Shown piece by piece: positions 63,504 to 64,000 of a stretch of 64,000 nt of DNA. The stretch's first letter is position 1; every line of letters begins with the position of its first letter. The stretch comes from Desulfatiglandales bacterium (GTDB lineage Bacteria; Desulfobacterota; DSM-4660; Desulfatiglandales; Desulfatiglandaceae): positions 6,976,001-7,040,000 of the forward strand of contig OY759599.1 of assembly GCA_963662465.1 (NCBI GenBank). The letters run 5' to 3'. The position numbers were made by a program, and so were the translations under genes. The notes below the pieces were generated by a model. That model was not told where the DNA came from and made no database searches. It worked only from the letters and a program-made list of their open reading frames with translations.

Positions 63504-64000
63504 TTCGGTGCCACCCATCATGGCCAAAAATCCTGCGGCCTTTCCACCATCGGCTGCACCTCCTTCTTCCCGTCCAAACCCCTGGGCTGCTACGGCGACG
63601 GCGGCGCCGTCTTCACACACGACGACACCCTGGCCGACAAAATGCGCCAGATCCGCGTTCACGGCCAAAAAGCCAAACACCAGCACCCCCTGGTGGGTAT
63701 TAACGGCCGCCTCGACACAATTCAGGCAGCCATCCTTCTCGAAAAAATCGACCTCTTCCCCGAAGAATGCCGTCTCCGCTGGGAAGCGGGTCAACGGTAT
63801 AATGAGCTCCTGACGGGTATCCCTGGAATTCAGGTTCCAGCGGTTGCTGAAGGAAATGATTCGGTTTATGCCCAATACACCATGCTGACAAAAGACCGTG
63901 AAATGCTATCGAATGCTCTGAAGGCCGAAAGCATCCCGTCTGTTGCCTACTATGCCGTGCCTCTTCATCTCCAAGGCGTATTTTCAGATTTGGGTCATAA
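63504..64000 (+). pseudogene. DegT/DnrJ/EryC1/StrS aminotransferase, 5'-truncated at site A; runs off window
   Basis: CTSFFPSKPLGCYGDGGA, N.RLDTIQAA; open frame with no start. Confidence 0.88.

Noticed and set aside
63472..63813. 113-aa Pro/Ser-rich ORF
   Set aside because: Wrong frame; the DegT fragment in another frame explains the region
21000..64000. Classical integron or superintegron
   Set aside because: No tyrosine recombinase ORF and no recurring RYYYAAC...GTTRRRY attC structure seen; an intI outside the window cannot be excluded

Overview
Probably a deltaproteobacterial (Desulfobacterota-like) chromosome, in two parts. 1-20.7 kb is housekeeping: mrdA end, rodA, phoH, 7TM-HD phosphohydrolase, ybeY, pdxJ, tsaE, lysC, tsaD, rsmA, panC, metK, ahcY, tag and others. 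From a degenerate tRNA-Sec-like 3' remnant at ~20.7 kb to the window end is a ~43 kb accessory array. It holds about 24 toxin-antitoxin modules or remnants plus other small genes, nearly all on the + strand, mixed with fragments of a polysaccharide (EPS/O-antigen) locus. The units are separated by two families of oriented short sites: site A (8-bp tandem repeat + CAACGTCCCC, ~30 copies) and site B (~39-nt hairpin, then exactly 66 nt to the end of GGTCCGACCCC). Each site family also lies directly 3' of one of two types of Y1/HUH REP-associated tyrosine transposase (RAYT) genes in the array, and duplicated or truncated segments start or stop at these sites. No integron integrase or attC site is visible. 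My main hypothesis (inference) is an integron-like cassette array built by HUH transposases. The array also has repeated promoter-MarR-ops-like leader modules, a triple nested insertion with readable IRs and TSDs, and several REP-like palindrome families. All family calls come from motif recognition by eye; no database searches were run.
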